Assembly: GCA_963761175.1 (NCBI GenBank)
Contig: CAVXFZ010000010.1
Coordinates: 21,737 to 85,736, forward strand
Source: an uncultured Actinomycetes bacterium
Lineage (GTDB): Bacteria; Actinomycetota; Acidimicrobiia; IMCC26256; PALSA-610
Length of the DNA: 64,000 nucleotides
Reading direction: 5' to 3'
Shown here: in pieces, positions 51,665 through 61,597 of the stretch
How the letters are laid out: each line of letters begins with the position of its first letter
Position numbering within the stretch: position 1 is the first letter of the stretch
Notes under the pieces: generated by a model
Database searches by the model: none
The model's input: only the letters and a program-made list of their open reading frames with translations
Told to the model about the DNA's origin: nothing
Program-made: the position numbers and the translations under genes

Positions 51665-52018
51665 TCAGCGCTTCTTCCGGCGGAACCGCTTGGTGCGCTT
51701 GCGCGCCATCTCGGCCCGAACCTCGGCGCCGACGCTGTTCACGATGTCTTCGGCCTCGTCGAGCAGGGCGGACACGCTCTCGTCGAGCGCTGCGGGTTCG
51801 GGCGCGGGTGTGGGTGCCATCGCACCCGTGAGGCTGCCGTACTGCCAGGCGGCGTCGAACCGGCGCTTCTCGAACCCGGGGCACTCCTGCGGGCACCGCC
51901 ACGGCGCCTCGGGCGCGAGATCGAGCCGGCACTTGCGCACGGTCTCGCCGTGCCCGTACGTGCGGCTCTCGTAGTGGCGACATTCCGTACGCATGCCCAT
52001 GGGCGGCAATTGTCGCAT
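51665..52018 (-). CDS. Small conserved Cys-containing protein with basic C-terminal tail (hypothetical)
   Basis: The core MRTECRHYESRTYGHGETVRKCRLDLAPEAPWRCPQECPGFEKRRF has four Cys in two pairs. The tail is RKRTKRFRRKKR. Alternative starts are at 52000 and 51994. Confidence 0.55.
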   Translation of the reverse strand: MRQLPPMGMRTECRHYESRTYGHGETVRKCRLDLAPEAPWRCPQECPGFEKRRFDAAWQYGSLTGAMAPTPAPEPAALDESVSALLDEAEDIVNSVGAEVRAEMARKRTKRFRRKKR

Positions 52019-52104
52019 CCCGCCGGGCCGGGCCGGACGCGGGCAGCCCGACCTGGAAATCCTCCCCTCGCCACGAGGGCTTTCCCAAGCGGCGATTCCG
52101 GCCG

Positions 52105-54711
52105 ATGAGAACTGCGGTACTCAACGACCCGCGAACGGTCATGCGCATGAGCGACAACCCGCCCACCGGCACCTCGGAGCCGGACATACAGGCGCAGCTC
52201 CGCGCGGGCGAAGCCCGGCACCGGCGCGTCATCGACTCGCTCGCCGAAGGCATCGTCCTCTACGACCGCACCGGCGCCGTCGTCGCCCACAACCCGGCCG
52301 CGACCGCGATCCTCGGCCTGCCCGCGCCGGGCGACGCCGAGCACCGCTTCGGTGACCAGCGCTGGCAGATCGTGCGGCGCGACGGCACGCCGATCCCCAC
52401 CGAGGAGCGGCCGGCGGTGCAGACGTTCCGCACCGGCAAACCGTGCGCCGGTGTCGTGATGGGCGTCTCGCGCGACGAAGGCGAGCCGACCTGGATCTCG
52501 ACCAACTCCACCGTCGTCGAATGGGCCGCCGAGGGCACGCCCGCGCTCGTCGCGCTCTCGTTCACCGACATCACCACCGTCGTCGAGCACGCGGCCGAGC
52601 TCGCGCGCAGCGAGGAACGCTTCCGCCGGCTCGTGGCGAACTCGTCCGATCTCATCGCGGTGGTCGACGCGGAGTTGCGCCTCCACTACGTCGGCGGCGC
52701 ATTCGAACCCATCCTCGGCTACGCGGAAGGCGAACTGCTCGGGCGCAACGCGACCGAGCTGATCCACCCCGACGACCTCGCCGAAGTCGGGACCGCGCTC
52801 GCCGACACGATCTCCCCCGTCGACACCGCGGTCGAACCGCTCGAGATGCGGCTGCTGCACGCCGACGGCCACTGGGTCCGCGTCGAGGCGCTCGGCACGA
52901 ATCTCATCGACGACCCGCTCGTGCGCGGCGTCGTCGTCAACATCCGCGACATCTCCGAGCGGGCACGCATCCAGGAGACGTTGCGCGAGGCCCAGGAACG
53001 CTTCGAAGAGGCCTTCAAGCACGCGCCGATCGGCATGGCGATGCTCTCCCAGGACGGCCGCTTCTTCCGCGTGAACCCGGCGTTCTGCCGCATGCTCGGA
53101 TTCGACGAGGCGGAGCTGCTCGAGCGCTCCTTCACCGAGCTCACGCACCCCGACGACATCGACCGCGGCCGCGACCTGCACGACCAGGCGTACCACGGCG
53201 ACGTCGACGGCTACGTCCTCGACAAGCGGTACCTGCGCAAGTCGGGAGACTGGATGTGGTGCCGCGTGCACGTGACCGTGGTGCACGATGCCGACGCCAA
53301 CCCGCTCTACAGCATCGGCCAGATCGTCGACGTCACCGAACGGCGCCAATTCGAGGAACGGCTCGCGTACGAAGCGACCCACGACGGGTTGACGGGTCTG
53401 CCGTTGCGCAACCTCGTCGTCGATCATCTCGACCTCGCGCTCGCGAGCGCCCGGCGCAAGAACAGCACCGTCGCGGTCCTCTTCATCGACCTCGACCACT
53501 TCAAGCGCGTCAACGACAGCCTCGGCCACACGGCCGGCGACGAGCTGCTCGTCGCCGCGGGCGAACGACTGCGCGCCGCCGTCCGCGAGAGCGACACCGC
53601 GGGGCGCTTCGGCGGCGACGAGTTCGTCGCGGTCTGCCCCGACATCGATGCTCCTCAGGACGCGCTCGTGATCGCGGAACGCATCCGCCGCGAGCTCGAA
53701 TCGCCGTTCCACATCCGCGGGATGGAGGCGTTCGTCGGCGCGAGCGTGGGTGTCGTCGTCGCCGACGGCACCGCGGACGCGGGCGTCCTGCTCCGGCACG
53801 CCGACATCGCGGCGTACCGCGCCAAGGAACGCGGCCGCAACTGCGTGGAGCTCTTCGACGAGAATCTCCGCTCGTCGGTCGCGACGCGCCTCGAGACCGA
53901 GAGCGCGTTCCGACGCGGCCTCGAAGCCGGCGAGGTCGTCCTGCACTACCAACCCGTCGTGTCGGTGAGCACCGGCGAGCTGCACGGCTTCGAGGCGCTC
54001 GCCCGCTGGAACCGGCCCGGGCACGGCGTGCGCCCGCCGTCGGAGTTCCTCGCCATCGCCGAGGACACCGGCCTCATCGTGCCGATGGGCCAGCAGGTGT
54101 TGCGCACGGCGTGCGCGCAGATCGCACAGTGGACCGGGCGGCTCCCCGACGGTTCGACGCCGCGCGTCTCCGTCAACCTGTCGGCCTGCCAGCTCGCGCA
54201 GGCCCACCTCGTGGAGGAGATCTCGTTCATCCTCATGGAGTCGGGCGCGTCGCCGCAGTCGCTCTGCATCGAGATCACCGAGAACCTGCTGATGCAGGAC
54301 ACGCCGGCGACGATCGACACGCTCAACCAGCTGCGCGAGCTCGGCGTCTGCCTCGCGATCGACGACTTCGGCACCGGTTACTCGTCGCTCAGCTACCTGC
54401 GCCGGCTTCCCGTGACCGTGTTGAAGATCGACCAATCGTTCGTGCTGGAGCTCGGGCTCGATCCGCAAGGTGCGACGATCGTCGCCTCGGTGATCGACCT
54501 CGCGCACACGCTCGGGATGACGTGCATCGCCGAGGGCGTGGAGACGCCGCAGCACCTCGAGACCCTCGCCCGCCTCGGCTGCGACGACATGCAGGGCTTC
54601 TACTTCTCACCCGCAGTACCGGTCGAGGAGACCGAGCGCTTCTTCGTCGCGAGCTCCGACTCCGCCGCCTGGCCCTACGAGAGCCACTCGGGCGCGCGGT
54701 CGAGCAGGTAG
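52105..54711 (+). CDS. Multi-PAS GGDEF-EAL signalling protein (diguanylate cyclase/phosphodiesterase)
   Basis: 868 aa. There are about three PAS-like units (e.g. ERFRRLVANSSDLIAVVD, ERFEEAFKHAPIGMAML). The GGDEF site is GRFGGDEFVAV. The EAL site is GFEALARW, with the later motifs DDFGTGYSSLSYL and KIDQSFV. Alternative starts are at 52141 and 52147. Confidence 0.85.
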   Translation: MRTAVLNDPRTVMRMSDNPPTGTSEPDIQAQLRAGEARHRRVIDSLAEGIVLYDRTGAVVAHNPAATAILGLPAPGDAEHRFGDQRWQIVRRDGTPIPTEERPAVQTFRTGKPCAGVVMGVSRDEGEPTWISTNSTVVEWAAEGTPALVALSFTDITTVVEHAAELARSEERFRRLVANSSDLIAVVDAELRLHYVGGAFEPILGYAEGELLGRNATELIHPDDLAEVGTALADTISPVDTAVEPLEMRLLHADGHWVRVEALGTNLIDDPLVRGVVVNIRDISERARIQETLREAQERFEEAFKHAPIGMAMLSQDGRFFRVNPAFCRMLGFDEAELLERSFTELTHPDDIDRGRDLHDQAYHGDVDGYVLDKRYLRKSGDWMWCRVHVTVVHDADANPLYSIGQIVDVTERRQFEERLAYEATHDGLTGLPLRNLVVDHLDLALASARRKNSTVAVLFIDLDHFKRVNDSLGHTAGDELLVAAGERLRAAVRESDTAGRFGGDEFVAVCPDIDAPQDALVIAERIRRELESPFHIRGMEAFVGASVGVVVADGTADAGVLLRHADIAAYRAKERGRNCVELFDENLRSSVATRLETESAFRRGLEAGEVVLHYQPVVSVSTGELHGFEALARWNRPGHGVRPPSEFLAIAEDTGLIVPMGQQVLRTACAQIAQWTGRLPDGSTPRVSVNLSACQLAQAHLVEEISFILMESGASPQSLCIEITENLLMQDTPATIDTLNQLRELGVCLAIDDFGTGYSSLSYLRRLPVTVLKIDQSFVLELGLDPQGATIVASVIDLAHTLGMTCIAEGVETPQHLETLARLGCDDMQGFYFSPAVPVEETERFFVASSDSAAWPYESHSGARSSR

Positions 54712-55232
54712 CGGCTCACGCCGAGACAACGTTCGAGCATCTCGCACGGCACCTCTTCGCCGGAGCGGATGCGAACGAGCGAGACCTGCTGGTGGGCGAC
54801 GATGCGCAACGTGCGCTCGGGCGCGTCCGTGGCCGACGGGAACGAGTCGGTCGCGGAGACCTCCAGCGGGAGGTCGGGCCCGCCGACGCCGGCGAGCTCG
54901 GTCGCGAGCTCGAGCAGGTTCGGTCCCTGTGGCAGCGGCGGCAACGCCCAGGTGAAGTCGAGAGGGAAGTAGTACGTGTCGTCGGGCTCCTGGTCGTCGG
55001 GGAGGTTGATCACCGCGTCCTCGAAACCGAGGAGCACGCGCGGATCGACCACGAGCGACAGGTACAGATCGACGGGTCCCTCGCATCCTTCCTCGGGGTG
55101 GAGGTCGACCTCCCATGTCTGGCGCAGCGAGTACGACTCGACGAAGTGGCGCTCGTCGTGGACGTGGAATCCGTGCTCGACCGCGTGGTCCTTCAGATCG
55201 GCGACGAATCCCGCGATGTCGACAACAGCCAT
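54675..55232 (-). CDS. Hypothetical acidic protein, last gene of the long minus-strand operon
   Basis: 185-aa ORF with diverse, non-junk composition. It starts 6 nt after the esterase stop. Its 3' end overlaps the convergent GGDEF-EAL gene by 37 nt. Confidence 0.55.
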   Translation of the reverse strand: MAVVDIAGFVADLKDHAVEHGFHVHDERHFVESYSLRQTWEVDLHPEEGCEGPVDLYLSLVVDPRVLLGFEDAVINLPDDQEPDDTYYFPLDFTWALPPLPQGPNLLELATELAGVGGPDLPLEVSATDSFPSATDAPERTLRIVAHQQVSLVRIRSGEEVPCEMLERCLGVSRYLLDRAPEWLS

Positions 55233-55238
55233 GGCGCT

Positions 55239-56177
55239 TCAGAGGGTATCGAACGCCGCACGGAGGGCGGCACCGGCTGCGTCGACCGCCTCGCGCCCGG
55301 CGTCGACGAGGGCGCCGAGCCCGAAGAACCCGTGGATCATGCCGTCGAAGCGATGCACGGTCGCACCGACACCCGCGGCCCGCAACGCGGCGGCGTAGGC
55401 CTCGCCCTCGTCGCGCAACGGGTCGTATTCGGCGGTGATCACGAACGCCGGCGCCACGCCGCGCAGATCGGGCGCGCGCGAGGGCGAGATCGCGGGATCG
55501 TCGACCTGCCCGCCCGCTCGCGTGTAGCAGCCGTAGAACCAGTCCATGAGCTCACGATCGAGGAAATACCCCTTCGCATTGTCGCGATGCGACACGGTGT
55601 CCATCGCCGCGTCGACGGCCGGGTACACCAGCACCTGCAGCGCCGGCTGCGGCCCGCCCTCGCGCGCGCTGCGCTGAGCGATCACCGCGGCGAGGTTTCC
55701 GCCCGCGCTGTCGCCCATGACCGCGAAGCGGGTGCCGTCACCGCCGAGCTCCGTCGCGTGCTCGACCGCCCACGTCGTCGCGGCCCAGCAGTCGTCGACC
55801 GCGGCGGGATACGGGTGCTCCGGCGCGAGGCGGTAGTCGACCGACACGACGATCGCGCCGGCCGCGTTCGCGACCTGACGTGTGACCGAGTCGAAGGCGT
55901 CGACGGATCCGATCGTCCAGCCGCCGCCGTGGAAGTAGACGACCATCGGCAGCGGCGCGTCGCCGTCGGGTCGGTAGACGCGTACCGGGATCCCGCCACC
56001 GGGCCCGGGGACCTCGCGCTCGGCGATCTCGGCGACCGGCTCGGCGGAGCCCGCGCCCATCGAGTTGAGGAGCGCGTACCCGGCGCGGATGTCGGGCAGG
56101 TTGGCGTCGGCGAGGTCCGGGGTACCGGACGCCGCGACCAGGTCGAGCATCGCTTGCGCTTGCGGGTGCACGGTCAT
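55239..56177 (-). CDS. Alpha/beta hydrolase, hormone-sensitive-lipase-like esterase
   Basis: It has the HGGG oxyanion motif (VVYFHGGGWTIG) and the nucleophile elbow GDSAGGNLA. ATG 56177 overlaps the rdgB stop (ATGA). Confidence 0.85.
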   Translation of the reverse strand: MTVHPQAQAMLDLVAASGTPDLADANLPDIRAGYALLNSMGAGSAEPVAEIAEREVPGPGGGIPVRVYRPDGDAPLPMVVYFHGGGWTIGSVDAFDSVTRQVANAAGAIVVSVDYRLAPEHPYPAAVDDCWAATTWAVEHATELGGDGTRFAVMGDSAGGNLAAVIAQRSAREGGPQPALQVLVYPAVDAAMDTVSHRDNAKGYFLDRELMDWFYGCYTRAGGQVDDPAISPSRAPDLRGVAPAFVITAEYDPLRDEGEAYAAALRAAGVGATVHRFDGMIHGFFGLGALVDAGREAVDAAGAALRAAFDTL

Positions 56178-56881
56178 CGCTCCCCCACCGAGCGGGTGAA
56201 CCGGGAGACGAGCGCGCGCAGCGCCCGGCCCCGGTGTGAGATCGCGTTCTTCTCGCCGGCGGTCATCTCCGCGAACGTGCGGCCGTCGCCCTCGCGCGGC
56301 ATGAAGACCGGGTCGTAGCCGAAGCCGCGCCGACCGCGCGGTTCGGTCGCGATCCGACCCTCGACCTCGCCGCGCACGACGACGTCGTCGCGGCCGCGTT
56401 CGTAGGCGACGACGACCGTCGCGAAGCGGGCCGAGCGCGCCGCGTCCGGCACCGCGTGCAGCGCCGCGAGCAACTTCGCGACGTTGTCGGCATAGGTCGC
56501 GCCCTCACCGGCGTAGCGCGCGGCGTAGACGCCAGGCGCGCCGCCGAGCGCGTCGACTTCGAGACCGGTGTCGTCGGCGACGGCGAGCACCCCGAGCGCG
56601 TCGCCGATGCCGCGCGCCTTGATGCGCGCGTTCTCTTCGAGCGTCGTTCCGGTCTCCTCCACGTCCGGCGCCGTCGCGAGCTGCGGGAGCGCGCCGACCG
56701 CGCTCGCAAGCTCGTCGGGTCGCTCGACCACGAGGAAGCCGACCGGCGCGTCCCCCGCGGTGATCGCCCAGGCGGCAACGGCATGATCGAGCTCGTCGCT
56801 CAACAGCTCGCACAGTTCGCGGGCCTTGTCGGGATTGCCGGTCGCGAGCACGAGCGGGAGCCTCAGGGTCGTCGTCCTCAC
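56174..56881 (-). CDS. rdgB: Non-canonical purine NTP pyrophosphatase (RdgB/HAM1 family)
   Basis: This is the C-terminal part of track ORF 56174-57499. Motifs seen are [64 protein letters not shown] and [14 protein letters not shown] 56881 overlaps the rph stop (GTGA). Confidence 0.85.
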   Translation of the reverse strand: MRTTTLRLPLVLATGNPDKARELCELLSDELDHAVAAWAITAGDAPVGFLVVERPDELASAVGALPQLATAPDVEETGTTLEENARIKARGIGDALGVLAVADDTGLEVDALGGAPGVYAARYAGEGATYADNVAKLLAALHAVPDAARSARFATVVVAYERGRDDVVVRGEVEGRIATEPRGRRGFGYDPVFMPREGDGRTFAEMTAGEKNAISHRGRALRALVSRFTRSVGER

Positions 56882-57618
56882 CCCCGCGGCGCCGGCGCCA
56901 CCGCGATCATCTGCTCCTGGGCCGCCACGATTTCGGCGATCCCCGATTCGGCGAGCGCGAGCAGCGCCGACAGCTCGTCGCGCGTGAACGCGAGCCCTTC
57001 GGCGGTGCCCTGCACCTCGACGAAGCGGTTGCTCGCGGTCATCACGACGTTCATGTCGACCTCGGCGCGCACGTCCTCGGAGTACTCGAGATCGAGCATC
57101 GGCGTCCCGCCGACGACGCCGACGGAGATCGCCGCGCACGCCTCGCGGATCGGATGGCGCGCGAGGACGTCGCGCTGCAGGAGGCGCGTGCACGCGTCGT
57201 GCAACGCGATCCAACCGCCGCAGATCGAGGCGGTGCGCGTCCCGCCGTCGGCCTGGAGCACGTCGCAATCGACGATCACCTGGTTCTCGCCGAGCGCGAC
57301 GAGATCGGTGACCGCGCGCAGCGAGCGGCCGATGAGGCGCTGGATCTCCTGGGTGCGCCCCGACTGCTTGCCCTTCGCGGCCTCGCGGTCGACGCGCTCG
57401 GGACTCGATCCCGGCAGCATCGAGTACTCGGCGGTGACCCAGCCCTGACCCTTGCCGCGCAACCACGGCGGGATGCGGTCCTCGATCGACGCGGTGCACA
57501 AGACGCGCGTCCGCCCGAACTCGACGAGGACCGAACCGGCGGCCATCTCGGTGTAATCGCGGGTGAAGGTGATCGGCCGGAGCTCGTCGGGCTCGCGACC
57601 CGAGACTCGGGCGCTCAC
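56878..57618 (-). CDS. rph: Ribonuclease PH
   Basis: The start is GTG 57618 with GAAGGA upstream. Motifs seen are [78 protein letters not shown] and VEVQGTAEG. Confidence 0.9.
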   Translation of the reverse strand: MSARVSGREPDELRPITFTRDYTEMAAGSVLVEFGRTRVLCTASIEDRIPPWLRGKGQGWVTAEYSMLPGSSPERVDREAAKGKQSGRTQEIQRLIGRSLRAVTDLVALGENQVIVDCDVLQADGGTRTASICGGWIALHDACTRLLQRDVLARHPIREACAAISVGVVGGTPMLDLEYSEDVRAEVDMNVVMTASNRFVEVQGTAEGLAFTRDELSALLALAESGIAEIVAAQEQMIAVAPAPRG

Positions 57619-57674
57619 AGGTTGGTCCTTCGCAGGCGATGATGACCGGGGCAGCGTACGCGGCCGCCGGGTGC

Positions 57675-58409
57675 TCAGACCATCAGCGAGAGGCCGGGCG
57701 CTGCGAGGGTCACGTCGGCTCCGAACCCGTCGGCGCCCTCGGCGACCGACAGCGCGGGATCGAGCCTCGGCCACAGGTGCGTGAGCACGAGCCGCTTCGC
57801 GGCCGCGGCGCGGGCCATCTCGCCGGCCTGCCGGGCGGACAGGTGGATGGGCACGCGGACGTCGTCGTGCTGGTACGTCGCCTCCGACAGCACGAGATCG
57901 GCTCGCGCGTCGAACGCGTCGACGCTCCAGCCCGGGCCGGTGTCGGCCGTGTACACGAGGCGGTGGCCGTCGTGCGCGACCTCCACCGCAACCGTGGGCG
58001 GCGGATGGTCGGTGCGGGAGAAGCGCAGGCCGACGTCGCCGACGCTCGCCGCGTCGCCGTCTTCCACCGCGTGCCAGTCGAACGCGCCGCCCCAACCGTC
58101 GTGCACGAGGTGGGTGAGGCTCTCCTCGACGCCTGCGGCCGCGTAGACCGGCAGCCCCAGACGGTCGAGGCCGTACCGGTTGAGCACGTGCAGCCCGTAG
58201 AGGTCGACGCAGTGATCGGGATGCGCGTGCGTGATGACGACCGCGCTGAGATCGGCCGGATCCGCGTAGCGCTGCAGCGCGGCGAGGGTGCCGTTGCCGC
58301 AGTCGAGCCACAACGTCTCGCCGCCCGCGCGCACGAGGTACCCGCTGCACGCGCCGCCCGCGGGCGCGCCGTACGAACCCGAACATCCGAGGACGGTGAG
58401 CTCGATCAC
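57675..58409 (-). CDS. MBL-fold metallo-hydrolase
   Basis: The start is GTG 58409. The sequence [26 protein letters not shown] is followed by the metal motif [14 protein letters not shown]. Confidence 0.8.
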   Translation of the reverse strand: MIELTVLGCSGSYGAPAGGACSGYLVRAGGETLWLDCGNGTLAALQRYADPADLSAVVITHAHPDHCVDLYGLHVLNRYGLDRLGLPVYAAAGVEESLTHLVHDGWGGAFDWHAVEDGDAASVGDVGLRFSRTDHPPPTVAVEVAHDGHRLVYTADTGPGWSVDAFDARADLVLSEATYQHDDVRVPIHLSARQAGEMARAAAAKRLVLTHLWPRLDPALSVAEGADGFGADVTLAAPGLSLMV

Positions 58410-58419
58410 GAGGCGACCG

Positions 58420-59241
58420 TCACCACGACCATGGTTCCACCCATTCGACTTCCGGTCCGAGGAATCGCACGCCGAGGGTCCGGAACTGCTCGACGTCGCC
58501 ACTGGTCACGAAACGGTGCCGCGCACGGGACTCGGAGTCGCTCGGCGACCCGGCGGCCGCCGCCGGCGGTGCGGTGCCGAGGCGAGCCCGCACGTCGAAC
58601 GCCGTCTCCTCGGCACTCGAGACGAGCACGACGTCGGGTCCCATCACGTCGCCGATCGTGCGCGCGAGCAACGGGTAGTGCGTACAGCCGAGCACGAGCG
58701 TGTCGACGCGTGCCTCGATGACGGGCGCGAGCAGGCGTTCGGCGAGCACGTGCACCTGGTCGGACTCGACGTCGCCGGCCTCGACGAACTCGACGAATCC
58801 GGGACACGCGGCGCAGGTGAGCACGATGTCGGGCGCGACGTGCGCCGCCGCCCGCTGGTACGCGCCCGACGCGACGGTGCCGACCGTACCGATCACACCG
58901 ACACGGCCGTTTCGCGTCGCGTCGCTCGCGGCGCGCACGCCGGGCTCGATCACCCCGACGACCGGAACGTCGAGCCGCTCGAGCAGCGGGTCGAGGGCCG
59001 CGGCCGACGCGCTGTTGCACGCGACCACGAGCATCTTCGCCGACTGCTCGAGGAGGAAGTCGGCGATCTCGAGGGAGTACTTCAACACCTCGTCGGCCGG
59101 CTTCGGACCGTAGGGGAAGCGCCCGGTGTCGCCGAAGTAGACGAAGGGCTCGTCGGGCAGGAGGTCGATGAGGGCACGGGCGACCGTGAGCCCGCCCAAC
59201 CCGCTGTCGAAGATGCCGATCGGGCGCGAGGGGGCCGCCAT
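58420..59241 (-). CDS. murI: Glutamate racemase
   Basis: The start is ATG 59241. Motifs seen are PIGIFDSGLGGLTVA, YFGDTGRFPYG, MLVVACNSASA and LVLGCTHYPLL. Confidence 0.9.
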   Translation of the reverse strand: MAAPSRPIGIFDSGLGGLTVARALIDLLPDEPFVYFGDTGRFPYGPKPADEVLKYSLEIADFLLEQSAKMLVVACNSASAAALDPLLERLDVPVVGVIEPGVRAASDATRNGRVGVIGTVGTVASGAYQRAAAHVAPDIVLTCAACPGFVEFVEAGDVESDQVHVLAERLLAPVIEARVDTLVLGCTHYPLLARTIGDVMGPDVVLVSSAEETAFDVRARLGTAPPAAAAGSPSDSESRARHRFVTSGDVEQFRTLGVRFLGPEVEWVEPWSW

Positions 59242-59246
59242 CGGGG

Positions 59247-60227
59247 TCACGGTATCCGGCCCCCGGCCGCGGCCCGGGACAAGCGGTCGGCCACCGCGGC
59301 CCCGATCCCGGCTTCGGGGGGCGGGACGGCCAGCACGACGTCGAGGGCGCACGCGTCGGCGTCCCGGAGCCGCGCGTAGAGCACCCGGGCGTAGTCGTCG
59401 GCGTCGGCGGGGGCGCCGAGCACCGTGAGCCCGGAGGGAAGGCCCGCCGGCGGCGCGATCGCGAGGAGCCCGACCCGCTCCCCCGCGGCCAGCAGGGCGG
59501 TCGCCCGGTCGGCGATCTCGCCCGGCTCCACCACGAGCACCCGCGCCGCAGGCGAGTAGTGACGTTCGAGGGTTCCGGGCGCGGCGACCTCCCCGCGATT
59601 GCGCAGTGTCGGCGCGGTGCCCGTGATCCGCGCGACCGTCGCGGTGTCGATCGCGCCGAGCCGCAGCACCGCGGGCTCGTCGCGCGTGCAATCGACGATC
59701 GTCGACTCGACGCCGACGGTCGCCGCACCGCCGTCGAGCACGACGTCGACCTCGGCACCGAGATCCGCGCGCACGTGCGCGGCGGTCGTCGGGCTGACGC
59801 GCCCGAACTTGTTCGCCGAGGGCGCGGCGACGGCACCGCCGAAGCGTTCGAGCAACGCGTGCGCGACCGGGTGCGCGGGGACGCGCAACGCGACCGTGGC
59901 CCGGCCGCCGGTGACCTCGGCGACGATCGCGTCGGGCCGGCACGCGACGACGATGGTGAGCGGACCGGGCCAGCACGCGGCGGCGAGGGCGCGCGCGGCG
60001 TCGTTCGCGTCGCGCGCGTACGCGTCGAGCTGGGCGGCCGACGCGAGGTGCACGATGAGCGGGTGGTCGGGCGGACGGCCCTTCACGGCGAAGACGCGGC
60101 GAACGGCATCGGCGTTCGCGGCGTCGGCACCGAGCCCGTACACGGTTTCGGTCGGGAACGCGACGAGACCGCCGTCGCGGAGCGCGGTCGCGGCGAGCTC
60201 GATCGCTCGTGTGATCTCGTCGCTCAC
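59247..60227 (-). CDS. tsaC: L-threonylcarbamoyladenylate synthase (Sua5/YwlC-type TsaC with C-terminal Sua5 domain)
   Basis: GTG 60227 overlaps the cysM stop (GTGA). Motifs seen are GGLVAFPTETVYGLGADA, KGRPPDHPLIVH, WPGPLTIV, RVPAHPVA, APSANKFGRVSPT and ESTIVD. Confidence 0.85.
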   Translation of the reverse strand: MSDEITRAIELAATALRDGGLVAFPTETVYGLGADAANADAVRRVFAVKGRPPDHPLIVHLASAAQLDAYARDANDAARALAAACWPGPLTIVVACRPDAIVAEVTGGRATVALRVPAHPVAHALLERFGGAVAAPSANKFGRVSPTTAAHVRADLGAEVDVVLDGGAATVGVESTIVDCTRDEPAVLRLGAIDTATVARITGTAPTLRNRGEVAAPGTLERHYSPAARVLVVEPGEIADRATALLAAGERVGLLAIAPPAGLPSGLTVLGAPADADDYARVLYARLRDADACALDVVLAVPPPEAGIGAAVADRLSRAAAGGRIP

Positions 60228-61162
60228 CAGTAGTTGATGCGCTGGGCGCGTTCCTCGACGACCTCGATGTCGTCGGTCCACGCCCCCGACGACAGGTACT
60301 TCCAACCGCCGTCGGGCAGCAACGTGACGATCGTGCCCGCGTCCATCTGTGCGGCCATCTTCACCGCGCCCGCCGCGGCGGCGCCGCTCGAGATGCCGGC
60401 GAACACGCCGCACTCGTCGAGCAGGCGGCGGGTGAACTCGATCGACTCGCGGGGACGCACGATGAACTTCCGGTCGAGGACACCGCCCTCGAAGATCGGT
60501 GGCACGAACCCGTCGTCGAGGTTGCGCAGCCCCTGCACGAGCTCGCCCGCGGGCGGCTCGACCGCGACGACCTTCACCTCGGGCTTGCGCTCCTTCAGGT
60601 AGCGACCGACGCCCATGAGCGTCCCGCTCGTGCCGAGCCCGGCGACGAAGACGTCGACCTCGGGGCAGTCGCGGAAGATCTCGGGGCCGGTGCCCTCGTA
60701 GTGCGCGAGCGGGTTCGCGGGGTTCCCGTACTGGAACAGCAGGACGTACTCGGGCTGGTCGGCCGCGATCTTCTCCGCCATACGGATCGCGCCGTTGCTG
60801 CCCTCCTCACCGGGCGACATCGTGACCTCGGCGCCGAAGATCTCGAGCAGCTGGCGGCGTTCGACCGAGACGTTCTCGGGCATCACGATCCGGAGCTGGT
60901 AGCCACGCAGGCGGGCGACGAGCGCGAGCCCGATACCGGTGTTCCCCGACGACGGCTCCAGGATCGTCGCGCCCGGCGTGAGGTCGCCGGCGGCCTCGGC
61001 CAGCTCGACCATCTTCAGCGCGATGCGGTCCTTCGACGAGCCGCCGGGGTTCTGCCCCTCGAGCTTCGCCCAGATCTTGACGTCGGGGTTCGGCGAGAGG
61101 GCGTGCAGGCCCACGAGGGGCGTGTCGCCGATGAGGCCGAGGATCGAGTCGTAGCGGGTCAT
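60224..61162 (-). CDS. cysM: Cysteine synthase (PLP-dependent, CysM/CysK family; likely the CysO-thiocarboxylate-dependent type)
   Basis: This is the C-terminal 312 aa of track ORF 60224-62764, from ATG 61162. Motifs seen are IGDTPLV, KLEGQNPGGSSKDR, EPSSGNTGIGLA and GLGTSGTL. It lies directly downstream of a MoaD/ThiS-like gene. Confidence 0.85.
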   Translation of the reverse strand: MTRYDSILGLIGDTPLVGLHALSPNPDVKIWAKLEGQNPGGSSKDRIALKMVELAEAAGDLTPGATILEPSSGNTGIGLALVARLRGYQLRIVMPENVSVERRQLLEIFGAEVTMSPGEEGSNGAIRMAEKIAADQPEYVLLFQYGNPANPLAHYEGTGPEIFRDCPEVDVFVAGLGTSGTLMGVGRYLKERKPEVKVVAVEPPAGELVQGLRNLDDGFVPPIFEGGVLDRKFIVRPRESIEFTRRLLDECGVFAGISSGAAAAGAVKMAAQMDAGTIVTLLPDGGWKYLSSGAWTDDIEVVEERAQRINYW

Positions 61163-61193
61163 CGGAGGCGCCCGCGGCGGCAGCCGCCGTCGT

Positions 61194-61475
61194 TCACACC
61201 TGGCCGCCCGCGACCGCGGGCAGGATCGAGAGGACGTCGCCGCTCTCGACCTTGGTGTCGAGCTGCTCGAGGTAGCGGATGTCGTCGTCGTTCTTGTACA
61301 CGTTGACGAACTTGTGGAGGCCGCCGGATTCGTCGAGCAGGTTGTCGCGGATCGACGGGTACCGGCCGACGAGATCGGCGAAGACGTCGCCGACAGTGGC
61401 TCCCTCGCTGGTGACCGACGCCTGGCCGTCGGCGTGGGCGCGCAGCACGGTGGGCAACTTGACCTCGACGGACAC
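61194..61475 (-). CDS. cysO: MoaD/ThiS-family sulfur carrier protein (CysO-like), C-terminus ...AVAGGQV
   Basis: 93 aa from GTG 61475 with GGAAAGG upstream. The LPTVLRAHADGQ...HKFVNVYKNDDDIRY...GDVLSILPAVAGG pattern matches the sulfur-carrier fold family. Two residues follow the Gly-Gly. Confidence 0.8.
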   Translation of the reverse strand: MSVEVKLPTVLRAHADGQASVTSEGATVGDVFADLVGRYPSIRDNLLDESGGLHKFVNVYKNDDDIRYLEQLDTKVESGDVLSILPAVAGGQV

Positions 61476-61597
61476 GGCGATGCCTTTCCGATGGGGAGCC
61501 GACCCAGCCTACAAGCCCGACTTCGGGGGTCGGAATTCCCGATCGCGATGGTCGGAAGAGCCTGGGCGCTGCCCTCGGCACGAGGCAGCATGGGCGG

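Noticed and set aside
51739-54555. 938-aa minus-strand ORF
   Set aside because: It is antisense to the PAS-GGDEF-EAL gene and has no recognisable domains.
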